DNA of 64,000 nucleotides from Octopus vulgaris (GCA_951406725.2 OX597815.1:137144001-137208000); one strand, 5' to 3'. Positions 39,301-51,635 are shown, numbered from the stretch's first letter. Made by a program: numbers and translations. The notes: generated by a model from the sequence alone, not told the origin.

Positions 39301-40198
39301 GGATAAAACTTACTTGGAAAAGGATGCGTGGCGTTCGATCATATATAATATAAATAATATATAAATATATGCATATATACATACATATATGTACATACCT
39401 ACATCTATATGCATATAAACATGCATATATGGGTACAGGACATCAAAAAGACGTTGAACACAATGAGAAACGAAAGCATAAAAAGAAAAACATGGAAACG
39501 GACTTTTTTTCAAACAAGGAAAAAACAGAGTACAAGACATACAACACAAGGAATATTACCCTTCTTCAGTTGTCCCTGTTTCATCTACTCCGCGTTCCGA
39601 AGGTAAGGACAAGACGCAACTTCGTTGAAACAATCCTTCCCGCAAAGCAAATTAAATAAAATTTAGGATTTTTTGCAGAGGAGTAAAAGTGGTAATAAAA
39701 ACAGGACAGTAGGAAGTAAACAAGACATATAGATAGAGAGAGAGACAGAGAGACAGAGAGACAGAGAGACAGAGAGACAGAGAGACAGAGAGCTAATAAT
39801 GAGGGATTACCAATTCGGCCAAAATACTTCGTAAGCTCTCTGTTGGCACATCTGACTAACAATATTATTTAGATTAGTAAAGAACTCCGGCTATTCTTAT
39901 GGCAGGGTCAAAGTTTTTGATTCATCACAATTCTATTTTGTAACTCTGTGGATGGGCTCCAGACAAACTAGTTTTGACACAGTGATATGTGAGAAGTAAG
40001 TTAAAAATAATGGTCATTACACATTTTCCTTTTTTGGTGCAAATTTGGCATACAATTGTTTCCAGTTATTATTATAGGTACATTGCTGATAGGTTTACTC
40101 AGTTGGTCTTATTGATCAATTGAACGACCTAAGAAAATTAATGCTACTTTAATCTGAGTCATTTCTTGTTATAACAAGCAGAACGTTGACGCCATGAT

Positions 40199-40375
40199 AG
40201 ATCGTTAGCCACTACACACATTTTTTTCTCTCCTTGTTTTTTCTGTGTCCCTTTCTGTAGAAGAGCGTAGACTCGAAACGTAAAAGACTTTTTCTATTCC
40301 TGAGCGTTATACTAATACATCTGTTTGTTTTGTACACCACCTGTCTTCGTCTTTTCTTTTTTTTTCGTAAACTCT

Positions 40376-40379
<4 letters not shown>
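40199..40379 (+). repeat. Short interspersed repeat with hammerhead-like variant motif
   Basis: CTTT-CTGTAGAA-GAGCGTAGACTC-GAAACGTA-AAAG; second copy at 58466-58580. Confidence 0.6.
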
Positions 40380-40436
<57 letters not shown>

Positions 40437-41101
40437 AGACGAAGATATACAAATTCCCATGATATGTTTTTTCAAATGGATAGTGTGCAGATATTAGTAT
40501 AAATGAATTTTGAAAATTATACTGGTAAAGGGAAGTAGATAAAGAGAGAAATGAATAGATAAGAATATTAGAAGGCAGAAAGAAAGAAGTATGTATGTGA
40601 GAAAGTGGTGTTGGTCAAAGGAATTAGTGGTATTCTTAAAAGCTAGAGTAGAGTAGGGAAGGAAAAAGAAAAACTGAAAAAGAGAAAAAGGAAGGCTAAA
40701 TGATGGTCAAGATATTATAAGGGGTGAGGAGAGGAGAGCTATTAATAAATAAAAGAGATAGGGGGTTAGAAACAAGAAATAAGAAGAGCATGTGTGAGAA
40801 GTTGAATGTGGGGATAGGTTTGACAACGGCACTAAGGTGAAGAGATAGATAAAGAATGTGGTAGAGATGGGAGTAGAGTACTAAATGTGAGTTGTAAACG
40901 TCGAGAAGGAAGGGAAGGGGGTGAAATAACAAGGAAGAGTACTAGGAATTAAGGGGTGAATGGTCAAGTTTCTAAAAATGGTAGGCATTTATAAGTAAGT
41001 GTACTAGCTAAAGTGAAGGAGGAAAGTTATAGTGGGGACTGATAAATCAGTGAGGGAAAGAAAAATATGTATATATATATACACATACGTACGCACACGC
41101 A

Positions 41102-41139
<38 letters not shown>

Positions 41140-41719
41140 TATATACACACGTGGACATAGGTCCGTATACACACATACAAAACAGACACACACACACACG
41201 TATATTCATATATAGGACATTTCCATACGGCGATTATCTCCCTTGGCTAGGCGGTTCTCGACATAATGACGTTTATTACACACATATGAGTGAGAACACT
41301 TTGAGATATTTTTGGTATCTAACATATGTCAGATACTGCGAGCGCTGCTTCTGATTAGTCAATCCATGGTGATGACCCGAGGTCACGGTGACGGCACTAC
41401 TTTTGTCATTCATAAGTTACAACTAAACTTCATTCATTACTTTCACGAGCAGGTAGAATGTAGCCATGTAATTAAACAAACATACTATCTTTTTTATACC
41501 AGATATCATTTAAAGTCATATACACATAAAATATAAACATTTCTGGTGGTAATTCAATTTTTTGTTGCCAAAAAAATCACAACATATTTCGTCTGCTCGT
41601 CGATACTCTTGTAGTGCAGGTAGATCTATCAGTAAGATGGCTACTATTGTCGCGCTTCAACACGATGTGAGGAATTTAGTTATTGGGTTAATAAAATATG
41701 GTCGTTTATTCGTGTGTAA

Positions 41720-41879
41720 TAAATAAAATACCAAACTCATTCCCTATGGATACCGTATTTATTACAAATCGTGGCTTGTAAACGTATCTAACGCGCTTTC
41801 GCACGTTAGATATGTTTGCAAGCCACTCGTTGTAATAAATACGGTATCCATAGGGAACTCGTTTGGTATTCTCTATTTA
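41720..41879. mobile_element. Palindromic MITE-like element
   Basis: About 75-bp arms: TTCCCTATGGATACCGTATTTATTACAA / TTGTAATAAATACGGTATCCATAGGGAA, short loop. Confidence 0.8.
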
Positions 41880-41899
41880 CAACTGCGTTGTGCTACGGA

Positions 41900-42125
41900 A
41901 GAGGGCAAAGCAATAGTTAAGGAGTGGCATATTTTACCATGACACACACGCCCACAACATTGACTATCACGACGTAACCGAAAACTACTCTCATTGCATT
42001 GTCCAGTGTCTGGTAATCCCATCAATACCAACATCTAACAAAAAGAACAATCCTGATCACAGAGTATCAAAGGTCACGGGTAGTGTGCATTCAGCTGATT
42101 GCAACTGCACTGCAGGGAAAGAGCC
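41900..42125 (+). pseudogene. SWIM zinc-finger-type transposon accessory ORF remnant
   Basis: FYHDTHAHNIDYHDV...CLVIPSIP...PDHRV..TGSVHSADCNCTAGK, truncated before the second CxH. Confidence 0.65.
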
Positions 42126-42310
42126 TTTTAATTATTTTGACTTTGTTCCCTTGTATAATAAATTGTATTTTTTATGGATGTAAGTAAATAAATGTATAAT
42201 CAAAACAATAAATAATAAATAAAGGAGACTTAATTTTAAATATTTTTTTATCCCTATCATATTTATCAAATACAAATGCACAGTCACATACACATACCCC
42301 TGAAGTTTAT

Positions 42311-42559
42311 CTAATGAACGGATGGTATGGGGTAATCTGTCGATGGTCCATTAGAATTGATGAAATGCTGGGAGCAAATCTGGCTATTTGCAGTGTAAAC
42401 AAAGTTTTTCCTTAGAAGTCTCGATCTCTGAAGCCAAATACGACGAATAGCGACGTTTGCGGGGTATCTATGAAGTGAAATAACTTTGCCGTCTACATTC
42501 TTCCCCCTACAATTACTGCTTATACAGCAGTATTTGCGCGATTTCTTCGGAGACATCAT
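42311..42559 (-). CDS. THAP-domain-only ORF (82 aa), probably the N-terminus of a deleted transposase
   Basis: YCCISSNC...LHRYP...RRIW...ICSQHF...PIPSV matches the THAP C2CH signature. Confidence 0.8.
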   Translation of the reverse strand: MMSPKKSRKYCCISSNCRGKNVDGKVISLHRYPANVAIRRIWLQRSRLLRKNFVYTANSQICSQHFINSNGPSTDYPIPSVH

Positions 42560-42659
42560 ATTAACCGGTCATACAGCCTGTCAGTCAGTAGTCCGCGGAA
42601 GTAGAAGCAAGTCACATACGGGAGAGTTCCAACCAGGGGCGAATAACTAACTCATCGTA

Positions 42660-42862
42660 CTCTTTCTGTCTTTCTTTCTCTCTCTCTTCTTCTTCTCCTC
42701 CTTCTTCTTCTTCTTCTTCTTCTCCTCCTCCTCCTCCTCCTCCTCCTCTTCTTCTTCTTCTTCTTCTTCTTCTTCTTCTTCTTCTTCTTCTTCTTCTTCT
42801 TCTTCATCTTCTTCTTCATCTTCTTCTTCATCTTCTTCTTTTTCTTCTTCTTCTTCTTCTGC
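42660..42862. repeat. (CTT)n/(CCT)n polypyrimidine microsatellite
   Basis: Seen directly. Confidence 0.95.
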
Positions 42863-43023
42863 TCATATACACATGCTTTTGTATATTTTTTATAAATATA
42901 TTTTGCTGTCTCAATTTCTTGTTATTTAAACAACCAGTAAAACATACATGTATGTGTGCGCATGAGTGTATGTGAATATATGTATAATATACATTGTATT
43001 ATGTGTGTATGTGTGTGTGTATA

Positions 43024-43083
<60 letters not shown>

Positions 43084-43091
43084 TGCACATA

Positions 43092-43142
<51 letters not shown>

Positions 43143-43560
43143 TTCGTTTTTGGATTTGGTTTGCAAGATTCTTTATAAGAGTTAGTGTGTTGAAGCATAT
43201 TCTGTTGTGTCTGGAGAGAGTCATTCTCTTTTAGTGCCTTATTATTTAACACAGTCATAAAATTTTCATTGCGTCTTGCAACCTTTTCAATAGTCAAGAC
43301 AATTGAAAAGGTATTAGCTCTAGAATTGCTACAGTTATCCACTCTCTTCGCGGTGAAGAATACGGTCCCGAGCATTAGGTCGGGTTCCTGAGCCATTCGC
43401 CGTTTTTCAGTTTGGAAACGGCTCTTTAAAACTTGAAACTCATCACAGAGTAACTTACTGTAAACGTTATTATTAAAATCAAAGTTATTCCGCACAAAAA
43501 GCCATCTCTACTCGTTTTTTTTTCAAATATATATTACTTTCTTTTTATTATTCTAGTATT

Positions 43561-43610
<50 letters not shown>

Positions 43611-43778
43611 TGTGTGTGTGCGAGTGTGCATGCGTGCGAGTGTGTGTATATACGGTGCGTGTGTGTGAGTATATGTGTGCGTATGTTTGTGTCTATCAGT
43701 GTGTGTGTGTGTGTGTAGTTTCTGCCATATTTCTTATTGCCTCCAAATGAGGCAAAAAAAGAAACTGTTAACAGCTTC

Positions 43779-43933
43779 GAAGTCGGTGAGAGCAGCCAGA
43801 TAGGGAAGCATGCTGCAGGTGGTAGCATGTCGTCATGCTAAGATGCTGACAAACATTGGGTATGCTGTTTTATGGCTTCCTCACACACCAAAATAGAAAG
43901 TATTGCGAGGTGTGGAGATCCCCTCAGTGCTTT
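43779..43933 (+). repeat. ~155-bp dispersed repeat, copy 1 (copy 2 at 49380-49534)
   Basis: GAAGTCGGTGAGAGCAGCCAGATAGGG...CTCAGTGCTTT occurs in both places. Confidence 0.88.
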
Positions 43934-44159
43934 ACGCACTCTCCTCTAGTCTCATACAAACTCAGTCGGTTTGACTTTATTAATGTGCCAATGAGAACGG
44001 GAGAATGAGTGTGACGTGCACATAGGTCTTTCTTACTCTGAAATTCTTGCCCTAATATAGCGTCTGCTTAGGACATCTTCTATGTCTGTGTTTGTGAGTG
44101 TGTATGTATATGTGTGTGTATGCGTGCGTATAGTTGAGTTTGTGTATTTCTAATTATAT

Positions 44160-44569
44160 ATAACATAAGGGACTAAAGCCATCTGGAATATGGCTAGGGA
44201 CAGGGCAGGGTGGTGGGGGTGTTACTGTTGCATTTAGCCCCAGGCGAACATCGACGTCACCAGAAAGGCTCGACACCGTCACGGTGCCCTAAACCTGCAA
44301 AGGGAGGTAATTCCCCGATGAAGCGGAAACCACACACGGACCATGGTTTCAAGGTGTATTGCCGATGATAGGCAATACACCTTGAAACCATGGTCCGTGT
44401 GTGGTTTCCGCTTCATCGGGGAATTACCTCCCTTTGCAGGTTTAGGGCACCGTGACGTGTCGAGCCTTTCTGGTGACGTCGATGTTCGCCTGAAACTAAA
44501 TGCAACAGTACACCCCCACCCTGCCCTGTCCCTAGCCATATTCCAGATGGCTTTAGTCCCTTATGTTAT
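44160..44569. repeat. 410-bp near-perfect palindrome, 7-nt loop
   Basis: Arms about 200 bp around GATGATA at 44364-44370. Confidence 0.95.
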
Positions 44570-44616
44570 CGAGCAGTTACTGTCTATATCCCTTTTAGAG
44601 AATTATTATTGCTAAT

Positions 44617-44649
<33 letters not shown>

Positions 44650-44679
44650 TATATATATCCTTAAGTCATATATGTATAT

Positions 44680-44912
44680 ATGAATGACCATGAGATGCAC
44701 CTAGAAAGTTCCCCTTCAAGGCACAAGTCTGGGCAAGGTTGTTTATGGAAGATCAGTAGTCGCTCATGCATATCAACCTCCTCTCTCCACGCCACCGATC
44801 TTATCCAAGAAAAAAGGTAAAGGCCGACGCAGTTTGGCACCAATGACGTCACAGCTCATTTCTACAGATGAATGAACTGAAGCAACATGAAATAATGAGT
44901 CTTGCTCAAGAT
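44680..44912 (-). mobile_element. SINE remnant, third family
   Basis: Reverse strand reads CTTGAGCAAG...TGTTGCTTCAGTTCATTCATCTGTAGAAATG, resembling conserved SINE central domains. Confidence 0.5.
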
Positions 44913-44994
44913 GATAAATATATATATATATATATACATAAGCATATATATGCGTATATATATATATATATAAAGATATTAGAGAAAGAACATA

Positions 44995-45039
<45 letters not shown>

Positions 45040-45353
45040 TGTTGTGTCTGGGGAGAGTCATTCTCTTTTAGTGCCTTATTATTTAACACACTCAAACTGC
45101 GAATGGCTCAGGAACCCGACCTAATGCTCGGGACCGTATTCTTCACCGCGAAGAGAGTGGATAACTGTAGCAATTCTAGAGCTAATACCTTTTCAATTGT
45201 CTTGACTATTGAAAAGGTTGCAAACGCAATGAAAATTTTATGACTGTGTTAAATAATAAGGCACTAAAAGAGAATGACTCTCTCCAGACACAACAGAATA
45301 TGCTTCAACACACTAACTCTTATAAAGAATCTTGCAAACCAAATCCAAAAACG

Positions 45354-45438
<85 letters not shown>

Positions 45439-45440
45439 CA

Positions 45441-45471
<31 letters not shown>

Positions 45472-45673
45472 ATATATATATACATATATATACACACACA
45501 CATACACACATAATACAATGTATATTATACATATATTCACACATACTCATGCGCACACATACATATATTCGTCATTGACTTTGGTTGCCAGCTGTTGACA
45601 GAATGGCCTATAAATATATATTTTTATGTATATTATGTATATTATATTCATTGTAGTTTTCATCATCATCATC

Positions 45674-45711
<38 letters not shown>

Positions 45712-47120
45712 GGGTATACAGTTATTCATATTCAGCAATATAATAATTCTATAATTGTATTCAGTTCTAATTGTAATATATTTACATATGTTTCTCACTA
45801 TGTAACAATATTATTGTGAATGAAATATATTAAGAGCTTTCACAGAACAATAAAGGAGATATTTCTTTAACTATGTCCCGTCCATGATGTAGATTTACTG
45901 TCGTTCAAAAACTTGTAACTAAAATTGAGACACTTTTACAGGGTTATAAAGAAATTTAAATGAAAAGTAATATGTTTATTTATTTAGCTGTCAACAAAAG
46001 TTTTTGTTGATAATTGCATGCCATTTTCTAATCTTTTAATCTCTCATCAAATCCGAAAATTAATCGATCACCAAACTGTGTTGTTTTGTTTCAGCTGGTC
46101 CCTATAATTATCTTCGTGCAGGACTTCGAAGATATTAGAGAAAGAACTCCTTCATGAGGTGTGACAGAAGATAGATCGATTTGTCATTTTGGTACAAATG
46201 TACTTGATTTACATAGAAAACACAAAGCTGTGTGTTGGGAAAGATACTAGATATAACAGCAATGCTAAACGTGCATGCTGTTACGTTATCGTTGCACAGA
46301 CTGAAATTGTTAGATTTGGCTACCCACTCGGGAAAAATAGTTGGAAGAATGTCCGCATGTCCCAGGATCTAGTCCAAGAAATGCCAAATATAAAAAGAGA
46401 GTGGAAGCATCCATCTCCCTTTCAACAACTACCAGTAGAACCTACAAAATAATAGGGGAAATTATCTTGTTTGAGACGGTAAAGATTACGGGACTGCTGT
46501 ATTTTCATGGCTGTGATTCTGCCAAAACAAAGGCTAAAATACGTAGATATGCCGGCTCACATTCACTTGTGCCTTACTTTTTGTGGCAAAGAAATACAAG
46601 GGTGACAATCAGCAACACTGCATCTTTATATTGAAAGGTGAGTGGTTGGGTAATGCAGAGGTGAGAAGAGACAATATATCGTTTGGAGAAATCAGCAGGC
46701 ACTGCAAGTCCCCAAGTCCCAACGAACTACGAAAGCCACACGCAATGCCGTAAAAGGGTGTGGGCATTATGCCTAGTGGGTTTTTTTTTTTCAATAGAAA
46801 AATGTATTTGGGGCGTTTTGTCCTGAAGAACTGAAAAAGCTCTAAAAGCAGAGCAGAAAAGAAAGTAATCGAGAAACAGGCTCTGGGTCCCAAAATATCA
46901 CTCACAGTTGCAAGAGAAAAATTAGAAAGTGAAAATGACACAAAACAATGAAGGGGAGACAAAAACAGCAAAAAGGCACGAGGATGAACACAACTCACGT
47001 GAGAGGGGGCTATGTGTATTTGTGTATGTGCGCGCGCGTGTGTGTGTTATTAACCTCGGCCTCGGTGAAGACATTTGATTCTTCTTTGATATATGTAGTA
47101 TATATATATATATATGTATG

Positions 47121-47169
<49 letters not shown>

Positions 47170-47309
47170 AAACATATACATATATGCATATATACACTTA
47201 TATATATGTGTGTATGTATATATATTTATATAAATATATGCATACACACACACACATATATATATATATATGCATTTATATGCACACATATATACATTTA
47301 TACACACAT

Positions 47310-47374
<65 letters not shown>

Positions 47375-48152
47375 TACACACACATATATGTACACATGCC
47401 TGTATGTATGTATGTTTCTATCTATCTATCTATACACATACATACATGTATATGTGCATGTGCAGTAGTGAAATTTCTTTCAAATTATGTATGTCTTTCA
47501 TAAAAGCAGAAAGGATACATGGTCTACTATAATCCTTGATACACAAATTTTGATAGAGAAACAGGGTGGACAGCACTGGAGCGTTTGTATTAATAATTCT
47601 GATCAATAGTTTATGTTGGGCTAAGTAACAAATAATTGCGTTTCTTTATAGCATTTTATATCATATCCCCACAAGCCTTCCAAAAAGAAATTAGTGTACT
47701 AAATAATTGGTTAAATGGTATCAAAAAGACGATAATTGCAAGAAATTAGTATTCTGGACCAGGTGTGTGTCAGCAAGACTCGGCTTATAAATTGAAACCA
47801 ATTTCAGCAATTAATATTTCTTTATAGGGAAAAGAAAGTATTCAAGCGTAAAGCTTATTTGCTTATTTCCCTCATCTTCTTCCTTTTTTCTCTCTGTTAC
47901 ATGAAAAGTTACTTCTTTCACCGTCAAAAATATAACTTCATCAATAGTTTTATCTTTGTTTCAATTCTTATCATAGTCTAATGGGTGTTTTCTTTTTTTT
48001 TTCAGTTAAGGATCATTAAATTGTATTATGTAGTAGAATTTGACCTCACCGACTTTAAATGCTCTATTTAAGAGCAGGTATTATCAATAGCAAAGTCTTA
48101 TATATACTACTTTTTTTAATTAGCAATAAATCTTTAGACAATTATATTGTAT

Positions 48153-48209
<57 letters not shown>

Positions 48210-48869
48210 GATATTGTTTGTAGGATTCGTCTAAACCAAGTGGGATTTCAAAAACAGGAACACCAAGTTAGGTTTGATGTTATCATGAACACTCTTGCAT
48301 ATACCAATGTATATACGGACATGTTTCGACACTTATATATACATGCATATGAACAAATCAGCATACACATCCGTATGAATATACATGTATATGAAATTAT
48401 ACATACACATGCAGGCAAGTAGGCAGTTTCACGATATTCTGTGAGTTCCAGAAGGTTCAGGTGTGGTGTTTACATAAAGAAAGAACACAAATGTGCTAAT
48501 ATTAACTACAGCTGTTTCAGACAGCATATTTCTATGAAAAGATTTAATTGCGATTGAATTAGCTCTACCACAAATATTTGTAGTTTTGAGTCGAAGCGAA
48601 GCAATATTATTAATACTACTGTTCTTCATATTTGTTGATTGTATTTGAACAATGAATGCCGACCTATGGATAGTAGTAGACAAACAAGCATCCGCTATTT
48701 TACGCTTTTATTTAAAATCCGTCTCCGGCAACTTTGCAATGCACCTTTTAATTTCTCCTCTCAGGGCTCGATAAAGTAATGAATAAATATAGGTATCAAA
48801 GTTATTTCCTATATTCTGCCAGTATTATTTGTGTTTTTGTCCTAATTTAAGAATCATTATTATAAGTGT

Positions 48870-49303
48870 AGTTACTGTAGTTAAGTTAAGTTAAGTTACT
48901 TAATTTTTTGGCTCAAAAAGCAAAAAGCAAGGCCATGTAGGGGGACATGGAGTTATGTACAGGGTGGTTTTCATGCAAAGAGTTCAGGCCATTTCTGGTC
49001 AAGGGAGACTTTGAACCGAGTGGTCGTCGGCATCTTCACTATCTCGTCCGGGAGCTTATTCCACGGATCCGCAACCCGGACGGAGAAAGCCCCTCTCCTT
49101 CGATTGAGATGAAATCGTCGCAGATAGAGCTTTTCGGAGTGACCCAGCAGCCGACGCTCTGGAGCAGGAGTGAAGAACAGCTCTTTTGAGAGGTTACACT
49201 TTCCGCTTATGATGTTGTGAGCAAGAATGAGATCACCACGGCGTCGCCGTTTTTCCAGAGAATAAAGGTCGAGCGTCTTCAGCCTTTCTTCATAAGACAA
49301 TGG
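48870..49303 (-). mobile_element. CR1-group LINE 3' end with (TAACT)n tail
   Basis: ORF 48971-49300 YEERLKTLDLYSLEKRRRRGDLI...GHSEKL...FSVRVADPWNKLP. Confidence 0.9.
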
Positions 49304-49379
49304 TATACTTATTATAATACTGAATATAATTATATATTGTGAAATATAATTATATTTTTATACTCGAAGTTCAACTCTT

Positions 49380-49534
49380 GAAGTCGGTGAGAGCAGCCAG
49401 ATAGGGAGACATGCTGCAGGTGGTAGCATATCGTTATGCTAAGATGCTGACAAACATTGTGTATGCTGTTTTATGGCTTCCACACACACCAAAATAGATA
49501 GTATTGCTAGGTTTGGAGATCTTCTCAGTGCTTT
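49380..49534 (+). repeat. ~155-bp dispersed repeat, copy 2
   Basis: Colinear with 43779-43933. Confidence 0.88.
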
Positions 49535-49680
49535 GTGTACAAAATCGTTTCTACTGTAACTGGTTCCAAAATTGCTGGACTTGTACTAATGCCAGAAATC
49601 AAGACAGTATTTTTTTGTATATATATATATTATGGTTGCTGCTGCTGCTGCTGCCGCTGATGATGATGATGATGATGATA

Positions 49681-49714
<34 letters not shown>

Positions 49715-50112
49715 CGACGATGACGGTGACGACGACGACAACAACGCTGACAATGATCATGATGGTGTGCTTCTAACACCACCACAGTGGTAGTCTTTGT
49801 TTTTCATGTCGGATACTAATTCTAAAAACGAGTACTTCTCGTGTATAGATTAAATCTATTCACATGTATAGATTAAATCTACTAAATATCTCATTAAATG
49901 TGCATTGTTTTCTGTTAGTGTTATTGTTCTTTCAATGTCATGCGTGTGTTTATTCAATCAACTCCCTTCCCCTAATATTTGGGGCCCTTTGTTTTAATCA
50001 TAATACAACTAGGAGGAACAATTAAGAGAACTGTTGCACAACGTGAGGCAAAAAACACCTATAAAGCAGGGATATAGTAACGCACGCATGCACACACTCA
50101 CACACACACACA

Positions 50113-50167
<55 letters not shown>

Positions 50168-50169
<2 letters not shown>

Positions 50170-50389
50170 CAAGCTGGCAGAAACGTTAGCGCGCCGGGCG
50201 AAATGCTTAGCGGTATGTCGTCTGTCGTTACGTTCTGAATTCAAATTCCGCCGAGGTCGACTTTGCCTTTTATCCTTTCGGGGTCGATAAATTAAGTACC
50301 AGTTACGCACTGGGGTCGATATAATCGACTTAATCCTTTGTCTGTCCTTGTTTGTCCCCTCTATGTTTAGCCCCTTGTGGGCAGTAAAG

Positions 50390-50393
<4 letters not shown>
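50168..50393 (+). mobile_element. tRNA-derived SINE family 2, well-preserved monomer
   Basis: Matches the unit of 28270-28850; lies between (CA)n and (TA)n. Confidence 0.9.
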
Positions 50394-50439
<46 letters not shown>

Positions 50440-50442
<3 letters not shown>

Positions 50443-51334
50443 CAAAATAAGCAACAAGGATAGCCAAAGGTCATGCAGTACGATCGTTTCATGCGACTTC
50501 ATTTAATTAAACAATGCAAGTATTACATCAGTTTTAAAATGTTGAGCAATCTTCAGCTGCATATAAATATAGAATTTAGTTAAATTGAAAAGATTCTTTT
50601 TTATACATATTCCGTTTACCAACATCACAAAGAGGGTAAGTAGATAAACAGAGATACCAGTCTCATCAACAGAAACATGGTAGTAAATTATATTTATTTA
50701 TGGATACACTACTTATCACTAAATTTACTTTGTTATTTAAATTTACTATTAAGGGAGAAGGTTTAATATTTTTCTATTAAGTCTGGTGGAGACAACACCA
50801 AGAATCCATCTATTATAGATAGAGGAAGAGACAGTTTGAGTGGCAGAGCCATAAATCAAGCTCTCTTTGAAGAATTTCTTCTGGTACAGTTGAGTTTATT
50901 TCAGCTAAAATTACTAGGCCAGAGCTGATGGGGTAGGAAGAATAGAAACTTCTAATACTTAACTATTTAACAGCCATAATCCTACTTATGATTTGAAATA
51001 AATAGGTATATTTCAGATAGTCTTTTTCCAAAGGATTCTAATAATTTTAGTGTCTTATACAATATAGGGATGGAGAATATAGAAATAATTTCATATTTAT
51101 ATAAATATTAATCAAATTAATATAAATTTATAGTTAATTAGTAAATAACAATTTATTGGTATTAATGAGTTAAATTAAAGGAATATGCTAGACATTTTAT
51201 TTAATTTCTGTATATTAATGACTTTAGAATATATTTACTTGTGCTATAAAATAGATAGTGAATTATAACAGTATGGTTCGGTATAAATTAAGTATGAATC
51301 TAATAGAAATGTATTATCAGCAAGATGATATAGT

Positions 51335-51340
<6 letters not shown>
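50440..51340 (-). mobile_element. Degenerate Penelope-like element 3' part
   Basis: AT-rich decayed coding-like region ending in a hammerhead-bearing terminal segment homologous to 24345-24450. Confidence 0.55.
50473..50562 (-). ncRNA. Type I hammerhead ribozyme with intact core
   Basis: AUGCAG-CUGAAGA-UUGC..(~51 nt)..GCAU-GAAAC-GAUC-GUA-CUGCAU: 6-bp stem I, palindromic loop 3, GUA cleavage triplet. Confidence 0.8.
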
Positions 51341-51386
<46 letters not shown>

Positions 51387-51388
51387 CA

Positions 51389-51610
51389 CGAGGGGTGCTG
51401 AAAAGTTCTTGGCTTTAAGGTTATTGTGAAAGATCTGGTTGCGACCAAACCTTCTGAGTTCTTTAAGAGGCCTTAGAAAAACTGAAGGATAGCTGCAATA
51501 AATGTTTAAGTCTGAAAAGGTAATATGTCAAATAAAATCTTGATTAATTGATCCCACTGTTTATTTTTTTTTATTCGACTCAAAGCCAGGAACTTTTCAG
51601 TACCTATTCG
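51389..51610. mobile_element. mariner-type MITE
   Basis: TIRs CGAGGGGTGCTGAAAAGTTCTTGGCTTT / AAAGCCAGGAACTTTTCAGTACCTATTCG in TA context. Confidence 0.78.
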
Positions 51611-51635
51611 TATGTGTGTGTATGTATGCATGTGT

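Larger units (their letters stand above)
42948..45564. repeat. Large inverted duplication, arms 42948-43400 and 45099-45564
   Basis: The same peptide [18 protein letters not shown] appears on opposite strands; the interrupted microsatellite pattern is mirrored. Confidence 0.92.

Noticed and set aside
44315-44352. CCGATGAAGCGGAAACC hammerhead-like core inside the palindrome
   Set aside because: CCGA instead of CTGA, no stem II pairing and no stem I.
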